Assembly (NCBI GenBank): GCA_018238545.1
Contig: JABCTC010000013.1
Coordinates: 1,719-65,718, forward strand
Direction of reading: 5' to 3'
Source: Candidatus Heimdallarchaeota archaeon
GTDB lineage: Archaea; Asgardarchaeota; Heimdallarchaeia; Heimdallarchaeales; Heimdallarchaeaceae
DNA length: 64,000 nt
In this document: positions 18,321-28,257 of the stretch, in pieces
Layout of the letters: every line of letters begins with the position of its first letter
Numbering within the stretch: the stretch's first letter is position 1
Translations under genes and position numbers: made by a program
Notes under the pieces: model-generated
Seen by the model: only the letters and a program-made list of their open reading frames with translations
Told to the model about the DNA's origin: nothing
The model's database searches: none

Positions 18321-20867
18321 CTAAACATATGCTTGATATTCATTGTAATTCTCAATTAATTCTAATCTCATTGTTTTTAGCAATTTTATAGCTTCAATAG
18401 CTCCTTTCTTATTCAGAGGTTGATTGTTATTTCCACACTGATAAGAATAGGTACATCGAGGACAACCATCTATTGTTTTGCAGGTACATCCCTCAAGAAT
18501 TTTCAATGATCTTTCAAAACCATCCTCTAATCTATCATAAAGCAATTTGACTAACCCACTCCCACCTTTTGCAGCATCATAAACAAAAATAGCTCCCGAG
18601 CTACCCATCGAAATTCCACCTATTTCCGCACTACCTCCCCCAGTTAGCATAGAACTCGATTCAATCAAAACGTGTTCAAGAGCATGGAAAGTTCCACTCA
18701 TTAGGATTTCTTCCGATAGATTAGGATATTCAGATAAAATCATAGTTGGTTGCGGTGCAGTAAAAACAAATCCTTTTGTTTGAAATGAATAAACAATGGG
18801 TTCATTCAGTTCTTTAATCGCCTTTAGTTTGTTGGTGTAAATTTCACTTATTTTGTAACCTATAACGTATTCAGTTATTTTCAAATCGCAATATGCAACT
18901 TCTGTTCCCAACACTCGTTTCCTTTCGTTTATCTTAATTATAGTAGGTACCGCATATCGCGTTGCTGAAGTTTTGAGATTAAGTGCTTCGATTTTTTCTA
19001 GCGTTATTTCTCCACCACCAAATCTAGAATCATATTTGAAAGATGTAGATCGATAATGCTTTCCTCCAAGCAAATAAATTGCCCCAGGAAATAGTTCTCT
19101 AGCGGCCATGGGCATAGATCTTTCACCCATTCTAATTCCCTTATCGCTCTTGATTAAAACGGTGTCTCCAATTCCTCGAATAGAATATGACCGTAGTAAA
19201 TTAAGAATTTCTTTTCTATTTACTGGTCGATAAAGGTTTTCTGAGGTTCTTCGAATAAGATTGTTTTCTTCCATCATTTTAAGCATAGAAATGTGTTCAG
19301 GGAATTCTTTCTCTTGTAAAGGTTTTTCCAATATAGAAGCTAAAAGTTGATAATATGAAACAATTTCATTTCTTGGTTCAACATAACCTTTTCTTACATC
19401 ATCGAAATATGTCTCAGGGTATAAACTGTAAAACGTACTAATTGGATCATCGTTTCTAAGTATAAGAGCACCAACAGATTCTTGTCCCTTCCTACCAGCT
19501 CTACCAATTCGTTGTATGAAACTAGTTATATCAACAATTGAAGACACAACACCATCTACGTCCCCAATATCGATTCCTAGTTCGAGAGTAGGTGTTGAAA
19601 CTAAGGCTTGAAGGTCTCCTCCTTTGAAACGAGTTTCTACTTGATCTCGAAATTCTTTAGTTAGACCAGCACGATGAACAGATGATTTAATTCTAGCAGA
19701 TTGTAAAAGTAAATTCACAATTTCAGCATTTTTATGACTGTTTTGGAAACATAATGTTTTATGACCTGAGGACACCAATTGACGAGCAATCTCTGATGTA
19801 ATTGTATATTGACTTACCCCCCATGGTAGAATTATTAGTAAATGTGTTGGAGCTTTTCTTGCATCTTTAACAGCAATTTCTTTTACATCGGTGTCAAACA
19901 AGTTACTTGCGAATTCTTTTGCGTTTCCAATTGTAGCTGAAGAACCAATAAATTGTACCTTGTTTTTAATAATTCTTTGTAATCTTTTTAGAATGAAAAA
20001 TAGATTAGAACCAAATGCGCCAACCGCTACATGAATTTCATCAATAATAACGAATTTTACTGATCGAATTATGTCTTTGAAACTGTGATTTTTCATGTGA
20101 ATGTGAAGCATGTCTGGGTTAGTTATCAGAATATTTGGCGGATATTCCATAATTCTTGTTCTTGTCTTTTGTGGAGTATCACCATCATAAACTTCACATG
20201 TTATACCCAATTTTTTGCCATATCGTAATATCTTCCTTTGTTGATCTTTTGCCAATGCTTTGGTAGGATAAATTATAATCGCAAATAGACCTCGTCTCAT
20301 AAGAGGGTGAGGAGATTCCTCTAGAATCTCTGCTAAAATTGGCAGAACAAACGCTTCTGTCTTTCCGGTTCCCGTAGGAGCTACGATTACAATGTCCTCA
20401 CCTTCGCTAATAGCTTCAAATGATTCTGATTGGAAAGAATATAATTGGTTTATTCCGAGTTCCTTCAAGTAAAGCTGGAAATCTGTTGGCAAATTAACGT
20501 CAATTTTAGCTAGGGGTGGTTTGTTTTGTTTTAAGAATTTATAATAAATGAGTTCAATATTAGGGTTGTTGATTATTTTATTTACAGATGAAGGAAGTTT
20601 TTTTGGATCGTATCCGCCTCTTTCAATCATTTTCGTTATTTCTTCATCTGTTTTTCGCTTAAATGAAAATTCCAACATTTTATCTTTTCTTCTAGAAGGA
20701 GGTAGCATCTCCTTTCTTGTCGTCCTTTTCTTGATTAGTTTATTATAAGCATCGTTTATGTTTCCTGTTTGGATTTTTTCAGCAAACCCACAAAAACCGC
20801 AGTGAAAGCTTACAAGGGAAGTCTTTCCGTCTACAGTTAAAGGTTTATCACAGTCAGGACACTTCAT
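18321..20867 (-). CDS. DExH-box helicase of the MrfA/YprA type: N-terminal zinc ribbon, SF2 core, C-terminal DUF1998 (Cys4) domain
   Basis: CPDC...CGFCGF ribbon. Walker A APTGTGKT. DEIH box. C-terminal CTCKTIDGCPRCTYSYQC metal-binding cluster typical of DUF1998. Confidence 0.8.
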   Translation of the reverse strand: MKCPDCDKPLTVDGKTSLVSFHCGFCGFAEKIQTGNINDAYNKLIKKRTTRKEMLPPSRRKDKMLEFSFKRKTDEEITKMIERGGYDPKKLPSSVNKIINNPNIELIYYKFLKQNKPPLAKIDVNLPTDFQLYLKELGINQLYSFQSESFEAISEGEDIVIVAPTGTGKTEAFVLPILAEILEESPHPLMRRGLFAIIIYPTKALAKDQQRKILRYGKKLGITCEVYDGDTPQKTRTRIMEYPPNILITNPDMLHIHMKNHSFKDIIRSVKFVIIDEIHVAVGAFGSNLFFILKRLQRIIKNKVQFIGSSATIGNAKEFASNLFDTDVKEIAVKDARKAPTHLLIILPWGVSQYTITSEIARQLVSSGHKTLCFQNSHKNAEIVNLLLQSARIKSSVHRAGLTKEFRDQVETRFKGGDLQALVSTPTLELGIDIGDVDGVVSSIVDITSFIQRIGRAGRKGQESVGALILRNDDPISTFYSLYPETYFDDVRKGYVEPRNEIVSYYQLLASILEKPLQEKEFPEHISMLKMMEENNLIRRTSENLYRPVNRKEILNLLRSYSIRGIGDTVLIKSDKGIRMGERSMPMAARELFPGAIYLLGGKHYRSTSFKYDSRFGGGEITLEKIEALNLKTSATRYAVPTIIKINERKRVLGTEVAYCDLKITEYVIGYKISEIYTNKLKAIKELNEPIVYSFQTKGFVFTAPQPTMILSEYPNLSEEILMSGTFHALEHVLIESSSMLTGGGSAEIGGISMGSSGAIFVYDAAKGGSGLVKLLYDRLEDGFERSLKILEGCTCKTIDGCPRCTYSYQCGNNNQPLNKKGAIEAIKLLKTMRLELIENYNEYQAYV

Positions 20868-20994
20868 TCTAGTTTCTATGCACCTAATTTGTTAATCATT
20901 AATAAAGTTGCAGTGTGAGCATCATATATCAGTCGAAATGCCTTCAGAAAGGATATATTTAAAATAGTTTTAACTCTATTCGAAACAAGCTAAG

Positions 20995-21261
20995 GTGAAA
21001 AAAATGTCTACTCCACGCGCATGTAAATGGAAACAAAGTGTTTCAGGTAAAGCACCTGATGGTTCAATACAGAAAGTCAATTTCCCCTGTAGATTTCCAG
21101 ACGAAGAACTTACAACTGATTTATGTTCTCTTTGTCTTCAAGGAGATTTATTCTCAATGTTTTACGCTCAGATGATGAGTATGAAACAAGGTGCTAATAT
21201 GCAAGAAGAGATTATGGCTTTTCTCAAAAATTTCACGTCTGAAGATTTTGACATGAGGTAA
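20995..21261 (+). CDS. possible small Cys-containing protein (88 aa)
   Basis: Only plus-strand ORF in the 436-bp gap between two minus-strand genes. Contains C..C...CSLC. No other support. Confidence 0.3.
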   Translation: MKKMSTPRACKWKQSVSGKAPDGSIQKVNFPCRFPDEELTTDLCSLCLQGDLFSMFYAQMMSMKQGANMQEEIMAFLKNFTSEDFDMR

Positions 21262-21303
21262 ACATACCTGATCAATGTATTCAAAACAGTGATCTAAATG
21301 TCT

Positions 21304-24300
21304 CTATTTATTTCTTAACTTTGATATAATCATAGCAATCGACAAAGTGATGGTAATCACTGCTACACTAACCAGAGGATAGAATAAAGGTAATGAAGAG
21401 TAAGTAATTCTTTCATATGCACCAGATATGGGTATATTTATTGTAAAGAGGCTGGAGAAAGTCGACCATATAAAATAGTTTTGAGAATCTTCATTTATTG
21501 TTGATGGAGACAGTTTCATGGATAGTGGAATCTCTAGTGTTGTCGATGGATTTTCTTGCGTTTCTATAGATTGAAAATCTGTTGTAAGTATTTCATAAAG
21601 TGATAAGTAATTTACTATTAGTGGAGGTACAGTAAAATTATCTGGTAAGTCAGTGCCAGTAATAGTGATGACGATTTTGTCTCCGGGGTAAAGAGTCATC
21701 GTAGCATAAGTTACCTTTACAGTTCCAAATACTACTGATGTTTCAATTATTAGTTCTGATTCGACTTCGTTGTGAATATACTGCACATTAGCTTCAAATG
21801 AATCTAGTAAAGATTGATCAATAAATTGGAATAGTGAAATATTTGCAGGAGACATTCCTTTGTTCTCTATTTTATATTGCAGAAACAATGAACTATCTTC
21901 TTCAGTGACTTCAAACATTGATTCTACAGTTATTTCAGGTAGTGGAAAAGCTTGTTTTGCTTGATTCTCAAGCGAAGGTGGAGGCAATAAGATTCCAAAT
22001 GTTAATGTTGAACTAACGAGATTTCTTGCCTCTCCTCCATAAATCCAAGAGATTGTATTACCAGTCCATGGATTAATTATTTCAACTATACCTTGGTCTT
22101 TGTCTGACGTGAAGCTAATAAGCGCTATATAGGTATTGAGACCTATGTAACTGTTTGCGATTATTGAAAATTCATGTGATAATTCTTCACCAATAAGTAT
22201 CTCATCGATATCAAAGGATTTTACCTTCACGATACCTGTTGGTTGCCAGAGAAAATCAAGTTTTAAGTTTACAATATCCACGTGTATATCAGAGGCATCT
22301 AAAGAACCAAAATTAGTGATATTCAAATTAAAATTAATTTGCTCACCAACCCTATAGATTGATTCTTCTAGGGTAAGTAAACTTTCCAAAACAGCTTCAT
22401 CATCTCCAATCTGCAAATTTAATCCATTTGTTAGACCGTAATATTCTTGCCCATTTATATCCGAATAGCTGTATCTACTACCTAAGGAGATGAAAGAGCT
22501 TGTGACCTCATCAAAGGTACTAAGGAAGCGTCCAGCACTGTTAATTACAGCAAAAAGTGTTAGCATCAAATCCTTGTAATCACTTTCTACAGTTCGAAAT
22601 ACAGCATATTCACAAAAACCACTATATTCAGGATAAACAGAGAAAGCCCCGAATTTATCTGAAGATGTAGGGATATTGGAAATTTGCCAAGAGAAATCCA
22701 CAGTTTCATTAACCTCCAAACTTGGGATAACAAATTCAAGATAATCACCAAAAATTCCGGTTTTATTTGAAAAATCAGCTGATTCAAATTGGAATAAAGT
22801 CTTGTTTTTATAAAACTTAGAGAAAACAGTATCGTATGTATTGCTTATTGCGTTTGTAAGTTTAGTCTGAAGTGTTGATCTATAATTGGCAAGGTTTAAA
22901 AATATTATTTCAGAACCGACAGATTCTATAAATGGGAGAATTTCCTGTTCAACCTCATAGTATAAATCAGAAGATAAACCAGAGGAACAATAGATTGTAG
23001 CATATTCGTCGAGAATAATTTCCGTATCATTTCGCCATCCTTCAAACTGTGAGGTTATAGTATTTTGATACCAACCCCGAATATCAAGAATCGAGATATT
23101 GGCTGAATAAACACCATAATTAAAATATAGGTAAATAAAAGATGAAAAAGTTTCGTTTATTGTTAAATAATCTTTCATTACAGGTATCTCTGCACCATTA
23201 TAGATGAATGATGCTAACTCAGGAGGGATTGGCATTTTGATAGAAGTATCTAAGGCAACATCTGTACCAATGTTTGTAGCTCTGTAAGTCATGTTGAGCA
23301 CTCCTTCATCTTCAAGAATTTGATCTGAGTATGAGTTTGTAACAACAACTTGAGGATATGTAAAATCAGCCAATGAGGAGGGGTGATATGAGATTTCTGC
23401 GTTAAAATTAGGATAACGTGTGATATTGGAATACTTCAATAACCATTCAAATGAACCAGTAATACTTGCTCCAACATTATCAGGTACAGGATTAATAGAG
23501 GTAATATTGGCAATGAACGGGATCCTGAAAGAAGCTCTTGATATAAACGCTTCTGGGTTGGGAGAAATTATTTCTCCAAAAGTGTTTTCTAGATTGAAAG
23601 TGTAGATACCGTTAATCAAAGATATCTTATCTGCAAGTGAAACCATAGCTCCTCTAGTTATTTTGTTTACTGACCACAAATTCTTCTGGATAGAATACCC
23701 AAAAGCATAGATGTCAGGAGATTGATTGATAGCTTCTTCCATTAAAACTACCGAGTTACCATGTAGAATATCATCATATGGAGAGAAAATATCGCTAAAA
23801 AGAGACAATGCTATCTCAGGAGTGATTGGAGCTAACAAAGAAATCAGTGTTTCTGTATAAGAAATAGATTGTACTGAATATAAACTTAAATTTAAATTAT
23901 AATTTTGTTCGACTAGAGTTATAATATTATTTGAAATTGCTTCTAAACGAGATACTGTGGTAGTTCGTGTTTTTATTCGAACAACCAGACCATCAGGGAC
24001 TCGCCATAATGGATTAGACCAAACATTTGAGAATTGAGATTGGTTTGAAACAATAAAATCAATTTGAGTAACTGGTGACAAAGCTATAGATGTAAGGTCA
24101 AACGGTGTCTCAATTTGTCCTCCATTTAGCTCTAATGAGGCTATTATTGAATTATCTCTTCCGGCAATGAGATCCAGTTTTTCTTGGTAAAAGTCAAGTT
24201 CTTCTAAAACCATTGGCTGCATTAAAGAACCATTATTTCCTACAAAAGTGGAAGAAACAAGATTATTTGGAGACATAAGAATGGAAGAGAGGAAAATCAA

Positions 24301-24372
24301 GAGTACCAAAATTGTTTGAGGATAATTTGGGGCTATTCTATTCCTAAGACGGAGAAGTTTTTTGATACTCAT
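21304..24372 (-). CDS. giant (1022 aa) secreted surface protein with signal peptide and C-terminal TM anchor
   Basis: N-terminal hydrophobic signal. Ser/Thr/Asn-rich extracellular body. Tail LVSVAVITITLSIAMIISKLRNK. Confidence 0.6.
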   Translation of the reverse strand: MSIKKLLRLRNRIAPNYPQTILVLLIFLSSILMSPNNLVSSTFVGNNGSLMQPMVLEELDFYQEKLDLIAGRDNSIIASLELNGGQIETPFDLTSIALSPVTQIDFIVSNQSQFSNVWSNPLWRVPDGLVVRIKTRTTTVSRLEAISNNIITLVEQNYNLNLSLYSVQSISYTETLISLLAPITPEIALSLFSDIFSPYDDILHGNSVVLMEEAINQSPDIYAFGYSIQKNLWSVNKITRGAMVSLADKISLINGIYTFNLENTFGEIISPNPEAFISRASFRIPFIANITSINPVPDNVGASITGSFEWLLKYSNITRYPNFNAEISYHPSSLADFTYPQVVVTNSYSDQILEDEGVLNMTYRATNIGTDVALDTSIKMPIPPELASFIYNGAEIPVMKDYLTINETFSSFIYLYFNYGVYSANISILDIRGWYQNTITSQFEGWRNDTEIILDEYATIYCSSGLSSDLYYEVEQEILPFIESVGSEIIFLNLANYRSTLQTKLTNAISNTYDTVFSKFYKNKTLFQFESADFSNKTGIFGDYLEFVIPSLEVNETVDFSWQISNIPTSSDKFGAFSVYPEYSGFCEYAVFRTVESDYKDLMLTLFAVINSAGRFLSTFDEVTSSFISLGSRYSYSDINGQEYYGLTNGLNLQIGDDEAVLESLLTLEESIYRVGEQINFNLNITNFGSLDASDIHVDIVNLKLDFLWQPTGIVKVKSFDIDEILIGEELSHEFSIIANSYIGLNTYIALISFTSDKDQGIVEIINPWTGNTISWIYGGEARNLVSSTLTFGILLPPPSLENQAKQAFPLPEITVESMFEVTEEDSSLFLQYKIENKGMSPANISLFQFIDQSLLDSFEANVQYIHNEVESELIIETSVVFGTVKVTYATMTLYPGDKIVITITGTDLPDNFTVPPLIVNYLSLYEILTTDFQSIETQENPSTTLEIPLSMKLSPSTINEDSQNYFIWSTFSSLFTINIPISGAYERITYSSLPLFYPLVSVAVITITLSIAMIISKLRNK

Positions 24373-24469
24373 GAAGCATTTCCCTCATAATTCATTATGT
24401 TTTTCACTCTTGATAAGATTTTATTTCTACAAAGTTTAAAGTATTCAGTTCTATTTTTCTCGAACATCA

Positions 24470-25312
24470 TCATATAGTGACCTCCAGAAGGTTCATAATC
24501 AAAAATGCTAACCCGTTTAGAATAAAAACCACAAATAGTGTGGCTAATCCAGCCTTCTCAACCCTTAATTCCTTAATAACAACAATTGACTCAGTCAAAA
24601 GTCCTACGAATATTAATTGTGTAAACATTAGCAACACGATCACCCAGATATCCATCTGTAAAGGTGAAATGGGATATTCAAAATCAAAAACAAGTGCTTC
24701 AAGTATACAAAATAAAACCAACGGTATTTGAGCAAATATAGCGCTTTGAAATAGGGCTAACTTCCCCGCTTTTCTTTTGTAAATAACCGACACAAATAGC
24801 TCAGTTAACAGATATGTAACGATTGTAGATACTAAGAAGAATATTGGAGCAAAGAAATCAGGAACAATGAAAGAAGGAAATAAGAAAATGGGAGCAAATG
24901 AAAGGAAGTATGTGGCAACCCCTAACCCAACAAAAAGCAAGATAGAGAATCCTAATGACCTAACAGGATCATTTTCTATAAAACGAAAGACGGGCCTTAA
25001 GAAAACCGAATGTAGAAATGACATTTTCCCATATGTGGGTAAACTAGGTGCAGAAATATCTAATTCATCCTCAATCAGTGCATATGATCTTCTTCCCTTC
25101 TCTGTTAACAGATATTTCTTAGTAGAATCTTGAGTTATAAGCTCTCCAAGAGTATCAAGGTGATGATAAAGTGTTCCAACTTTCATATGAAAACGTTCTT
25201 GAATTTCAGTAAAAGAAACAACCATTTTTTCACCAATAAAACAAAGTAAATCCCTTCGAATTTTATTCGAAAGTGCCTTCCAAATTTCAGGTGGTTGTTT
25301 CTTCGAATTCAT
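24470..25312 (-). CDS. membrane-anchored winged-helix (ArsR/PadR-like) transcriptional regulator
   Basis: N-terminal ~90 aa HTH-like (SFTEIQERFHMKVGTLYHHLDTL) followed by ~5 TM helices. Confidence 0.55.
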   Translation of the reverse strand: MNSKKQPPEIWKALSNKIRRDLLCFIGEKMVVSFTEIQERFHMKVGTLYHHLDTLGELITQDSTKKYLLTEKGRRSYALIEDELDISAPSLPTYGKMSFLHSVFLRPVFRFIENDPVRSLGFSILLFVGLGVATYFLSFAPIFLFPSFIVPDFFAPIFFLVSTIVTYLLTELFVSVIYKRKAGKLALFQSAIFAQIPLVLFCILEALVFDFEYPISPLQMDIWVIVLLMFTQLIFVGLLTESIVVIKELRVEKAGLATLFVVFILNGLAFLIMNLLEVTI

Positions 25313-25360
25313 AGAACTAAACTATAGTTGACAAACTCAAATTTAAAACTTGGCTTTCTA

Positions 25361-26503
25361 TTAATGGGTCTTGAGTATGTTGTAAAGAGTGTCTCTCTGA
25401 GCAGGAATTCTATTGGCATCACGAATTAAATCAATAAATTCCTCTGCTGTTTTCTCTTCACCATGTGTTCCACCCGCACTTTTGGTAATACTCTCATAAA
25501 ACAATGTTCCACCCACATCATTAACCCCAGCATTAAGCGAGATTTGTGAGAATTTTGAGCCTAGTTTTACCCAAGAAGTCTGAATGTTTGAAAAAAGCTC
25601 GCCCAGATATAACCTTGCGGTACTAAAAAGAGCTAAATCATGCATTCCTGTACTACCGGGTCTCGCACCTAGATATTTATACAAAACGGTTTTGTTGTGT
25701 ATAAAAGGCAAAGGTACAAATTCTGTAAAACCTTTTGAAATTTCTTGCATATGTTTTAGTAAAACTAGATGTTCAGCTTCATTTTCCAGAGTTTCTACAT
25801 GTCCATACATCATCGTTGATGTAGATTTTAAACCCAAACTATGTCCAGTTAGTACGATGTTTACCCATTGATTTGTAGATATTTTTTCTGGGCAAATCAC
25901 TTGTCGGATTTCATCTACTAGAATTTCTGCGGCTGTTCCTGGAAAAGAATCTAGTCCATTCCTAAAGAGCTCCTTGAACACATCCTCCACTGTTTCACCA
26001 GAAATTCGTGACATATAAGCAATCTCAGAGGGAGAGAAAGCGTGTATATGGATATTAGGTGCGGTGGTTTTTACTAATTTTAAAAGGTCTAGATAAAATT
26101 CGTAATTTATTTCTGGATCTAGACCTCCTTGAATGCATAACTCAGTACAGCCTCTTGCTACAGCTTTTTCCGTTTCTAGTCGTATATCATCAAGAGAGAG
26201 TCTTATAGATTTGATGTTATTTTTGTTATTTGTATAGTTAAACGAACAAAATCTGCAGGAACCAATGCAATGATTTGAAAAATTAATGTTCTGATTAACT
26301 ACGTATGTGACTTTATCTCCAACCTGTTGATGTCTTAAATCATCAGCCAAAGCTGTTTGGACCCATAACTCCTTTCCGCGTTTTTTTAGTAGTGAAGTTA
26401 CTTCTTTTATTTCACGAGTATTTGATTTGCTAAAAGCAGTAAAATCAACTATTTCATCGATTTTTGGGGGAGATAATTTCTTCATTCCTATACTTATCCT
26501 CAA
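25361..26503 (-). CDS. cofH: FO synthase subunit 2 (radical-SAM, CofH)
   Basis: CxxxCxxC cluster motif CIGSCRFCSF. ~380 aa. 50-nt overlap with the upstream cofG-like gene. Operon with ArfC-type reductase. Confidence 0.7.
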   Translation of the reverse strand: MRISIGMKKLSPPKIDEIVDFTAFSKSNTREIKEVTSLLKKRGKELWVQTALADDLRHQQVGDKVTYVVNQNINFSNHCIGSCRFCSFNYTNNKNNIKSIRLSLDDIRLETEKAVARGCTELCIQGGLDPEINYEFYLDLLKLVKTTAPNIHIHAFSPSEIAYMSRISGETVEDVFKELFRNGLDSFPGTAAEILVDEIRQVICPEKISTNQWVNIVLTGHSLGLKSTSTMMYGHVETLENEAEHLVLLKHMQEISKGFTEFVPLPFIHNKTVLYKYLGARPGSTGMHDLALFSTARLYLGELFSNIQTSWVKLGSKFSQISLNAGVNDVGGTLFYESITKSAGGTHGEEKTAEEFIDLIRDANRIPAQRDTLYNILKTH

Positions 26504-27560
26504 TTATTTTGCGAATTTTTTTGTTTAAATACTTTTCATAAGGAGGGTACACGGGCAATCTTTGTTTCAAAAAGAACCCTTCAGATTCCAAGTTCTTCCC
26601 CAAATTACTCTCTTCCTGCCAAGTCATATTTGGATTGATATAATCAATGGTTGCAGATGAAATTCCTCCCAAATCATTTGCTCCATAGTCTAAAAGAGTA
26701 ATTATTCTATCTCTATTAAGATTAGGAGGTGCTTGAATATTAACATTAGAACCCATAATCATGCGCGAAAGGGCAATTGTTAACAGAACATCCTCTTCTT
26801 CAGGAGGGGGATAATCTTGCATAGGTGTTCCTTTTTGAGGGTTAAAATTCTGTATAATTATTTCTTGTATGTGTCGATATTTCTTATTGATATTTTGTAA
26901 ATACAACAGAGATTCTATTCGCTCTTCTTTTGTTTCCCCAATCCCTATAAGCAAACCTGAAGTAAATGGTATTCTTAGTCTTCCTGCATTTTCAATGACC
27001 TCAAGTCTCAATTTTGGATCTTTTGTGGGAGAAAGGTAGTGAGCTTCGTCTTTGTCTAATAAACGAGTACTTGAGGATTCTAACATTAAACCTAGACTAG
27101 CATTGGAATCTTTTAGATTTTTAAGCTCCTCAAAAGTAATTACTCCTGGATTAGAATGAGGCAATAAATTTTCATCTAGGGCAAGCTCGCAGAACATTTT
27201 CACATAGTCTACAGTTGAATTGCAGCTGTATCGTCGTAAAAATTCTCTAGCAGTCTCATATTTCTCCTCAGGTTTTTCCCCCAAAGTTAGAAGAATTTCA
27301 GAACATTTTTCCGATTTTGCTTTCTTTAATAAAGATTGAAATGAATCAGGAGTGATCCAACTTTTAACATCATCTGAAACGAAACTACAATAACCACAAC
27401 GATTTCTACATTGATGAGTGATTGGCACAAAAAAATTCCGTGAATAAGTTATAGTCTGACCATATAAATTTCTTGCTTTTTCATTTGCTAGACTCTGTAG
27501 TTCTTTAGGTTCGTTGTTTAACAAGGAAAGATAATAGTCGAAACTCATTTTGTGCATCAC
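26454..27560 (-). CDS. cofG: FO synthase subunit 1 (radical-SAM, CofG)
   Basis: CRNRCGYCSF radical-SAM motif, ~368 aa, directly upstream of the cofH-like gene. Confidence 0.7.
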   Translation of the reverse strand: MMHKMSFDYYLSLLNNEPKELQSLANEKARNLYGQTITYSRNFFVPITHQCRNRCGYCSFVSDDVKSWITPDSFQSLLKKAKSEKCSEILLTLGEKPEEKYETAREFLRRYSCNSTVDYVKMFCELALDENLLPHSNPGVITFEELKNLKDSNASLGLMLESSSTRLLDKDEAHYLSPTKDPKLRLEVIENAGRLRIPFTSGLLIGIGETKEERIESLLYLQNINKKYRHIQEIIIQNFNPQKGTPMQDYPPPEEEDVLLTIALSRMIMGSNVNIQAPPNLNRDRIITLLDYGANDLGGISSATIDYINPNMTWQEESNLGKNLESEGFFLKQRLPVYPPYEKYLNKKIRKIIEDKYRNEEIISPKNR

Positions 27561-27567
27561 TTGCTTA

Positions 27568-28257
27568 TTATTTATTATCTATGTTCTTAATTGGAGTAAG
27601 TGTCACCAAAATACCTTCATCTAATTTTGTAATCTCCGCTGCTTTAAACATCAAAGCACCTTGGACATCTTGAACTAATAAATCATCATACAAATTCTTA
27701 CCTCCCTTATTTCCAACAAATACAAACCTGTAAAAGATATGTAAAACATCAACCAGTTGGTTTTTTAGTAATTGTGTTATCATTGTTGAACCTCCCTCTA
27801 CTAATACTCGAGATACAAAATACTTCGTACGAAGTACTTTCAAAACTGTTTTCATATCCAAAAATTTTCTATCATCTTTTTCCTCAATAAGTTCGACTTT
27901 TACCCCCAAACGCTGTAGTTTACTTCTTTTTACTTCAGAGCTTTGGTGAGATGTAAAAATAATTGTTGGGATCATGTGTTGATCTTGTATAATTTTAGAA
28001 TCTAAATGAATTCGACACTTTGAATCCAAAACAACTCTAAGTGGATGAGGAGATTTAGGTTCCGTATATCGAACAGTTAGAAGCGGATTATCACTAATAA
28101 CTGTATTAATACCAATAAGAATTGCATCAACTGAATTTCTCAATTTATGTACTCTAATCCAATCTTCTTTTGTTGACAAAGAAAGAGCACCTTCTTCTGA
28201 GCCTATTATCCCATCAAGAGAGCTTGCAACATTTATAATTACTTCTGGTTTTTCCAT
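27568..28257 (-). CDS. RibD-C/ArfC-type 2,5-diamino-6-ribosylamino-pyrimidinone 5'-phosphate reductase
   Basis: DHFR-like reductase signature VIINVASSLDGIIGSEEG...ILIGINTVISDNPLLTVR. 229 aa. Confidence 0.65.
   Translation of the reverse strand: MEKPEVIINVASSLDGIIGSEEGALSLSTKEDWIRVHKLRNSVDAILIGINTVISDNPLLTVRYTEPKSPHPLRVVLDSKCRIHLDSKIIQDQHMIPTIIFTSHQSSEVKRSKLQRLGVKVELIEEKDDRKFLDMKTVLKVLRTKYFVSRVLVEGGSTMITQLLKNQLVDVLHIFYRFVFVGNKGGKNLYDDLLVQDVQGALMFKAAEITKLDEGILVTLTPIKNIDNK

Noticed and set aside
25361-27560. Alternative assignment of the two radical-SAM genes as MqnC/MqnE (futalosine pathway) or HydG/ThiH instead of CofG/CofH
   Set aside because: They are co-operonic with an ArfC/RibD-type pyrimidine reductase that makes the CofG/CofH substrate, and cofE is nearby. 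No other mqn genes are present. Kept as CofG/CofH, though the subfamily call needs phylogeny.
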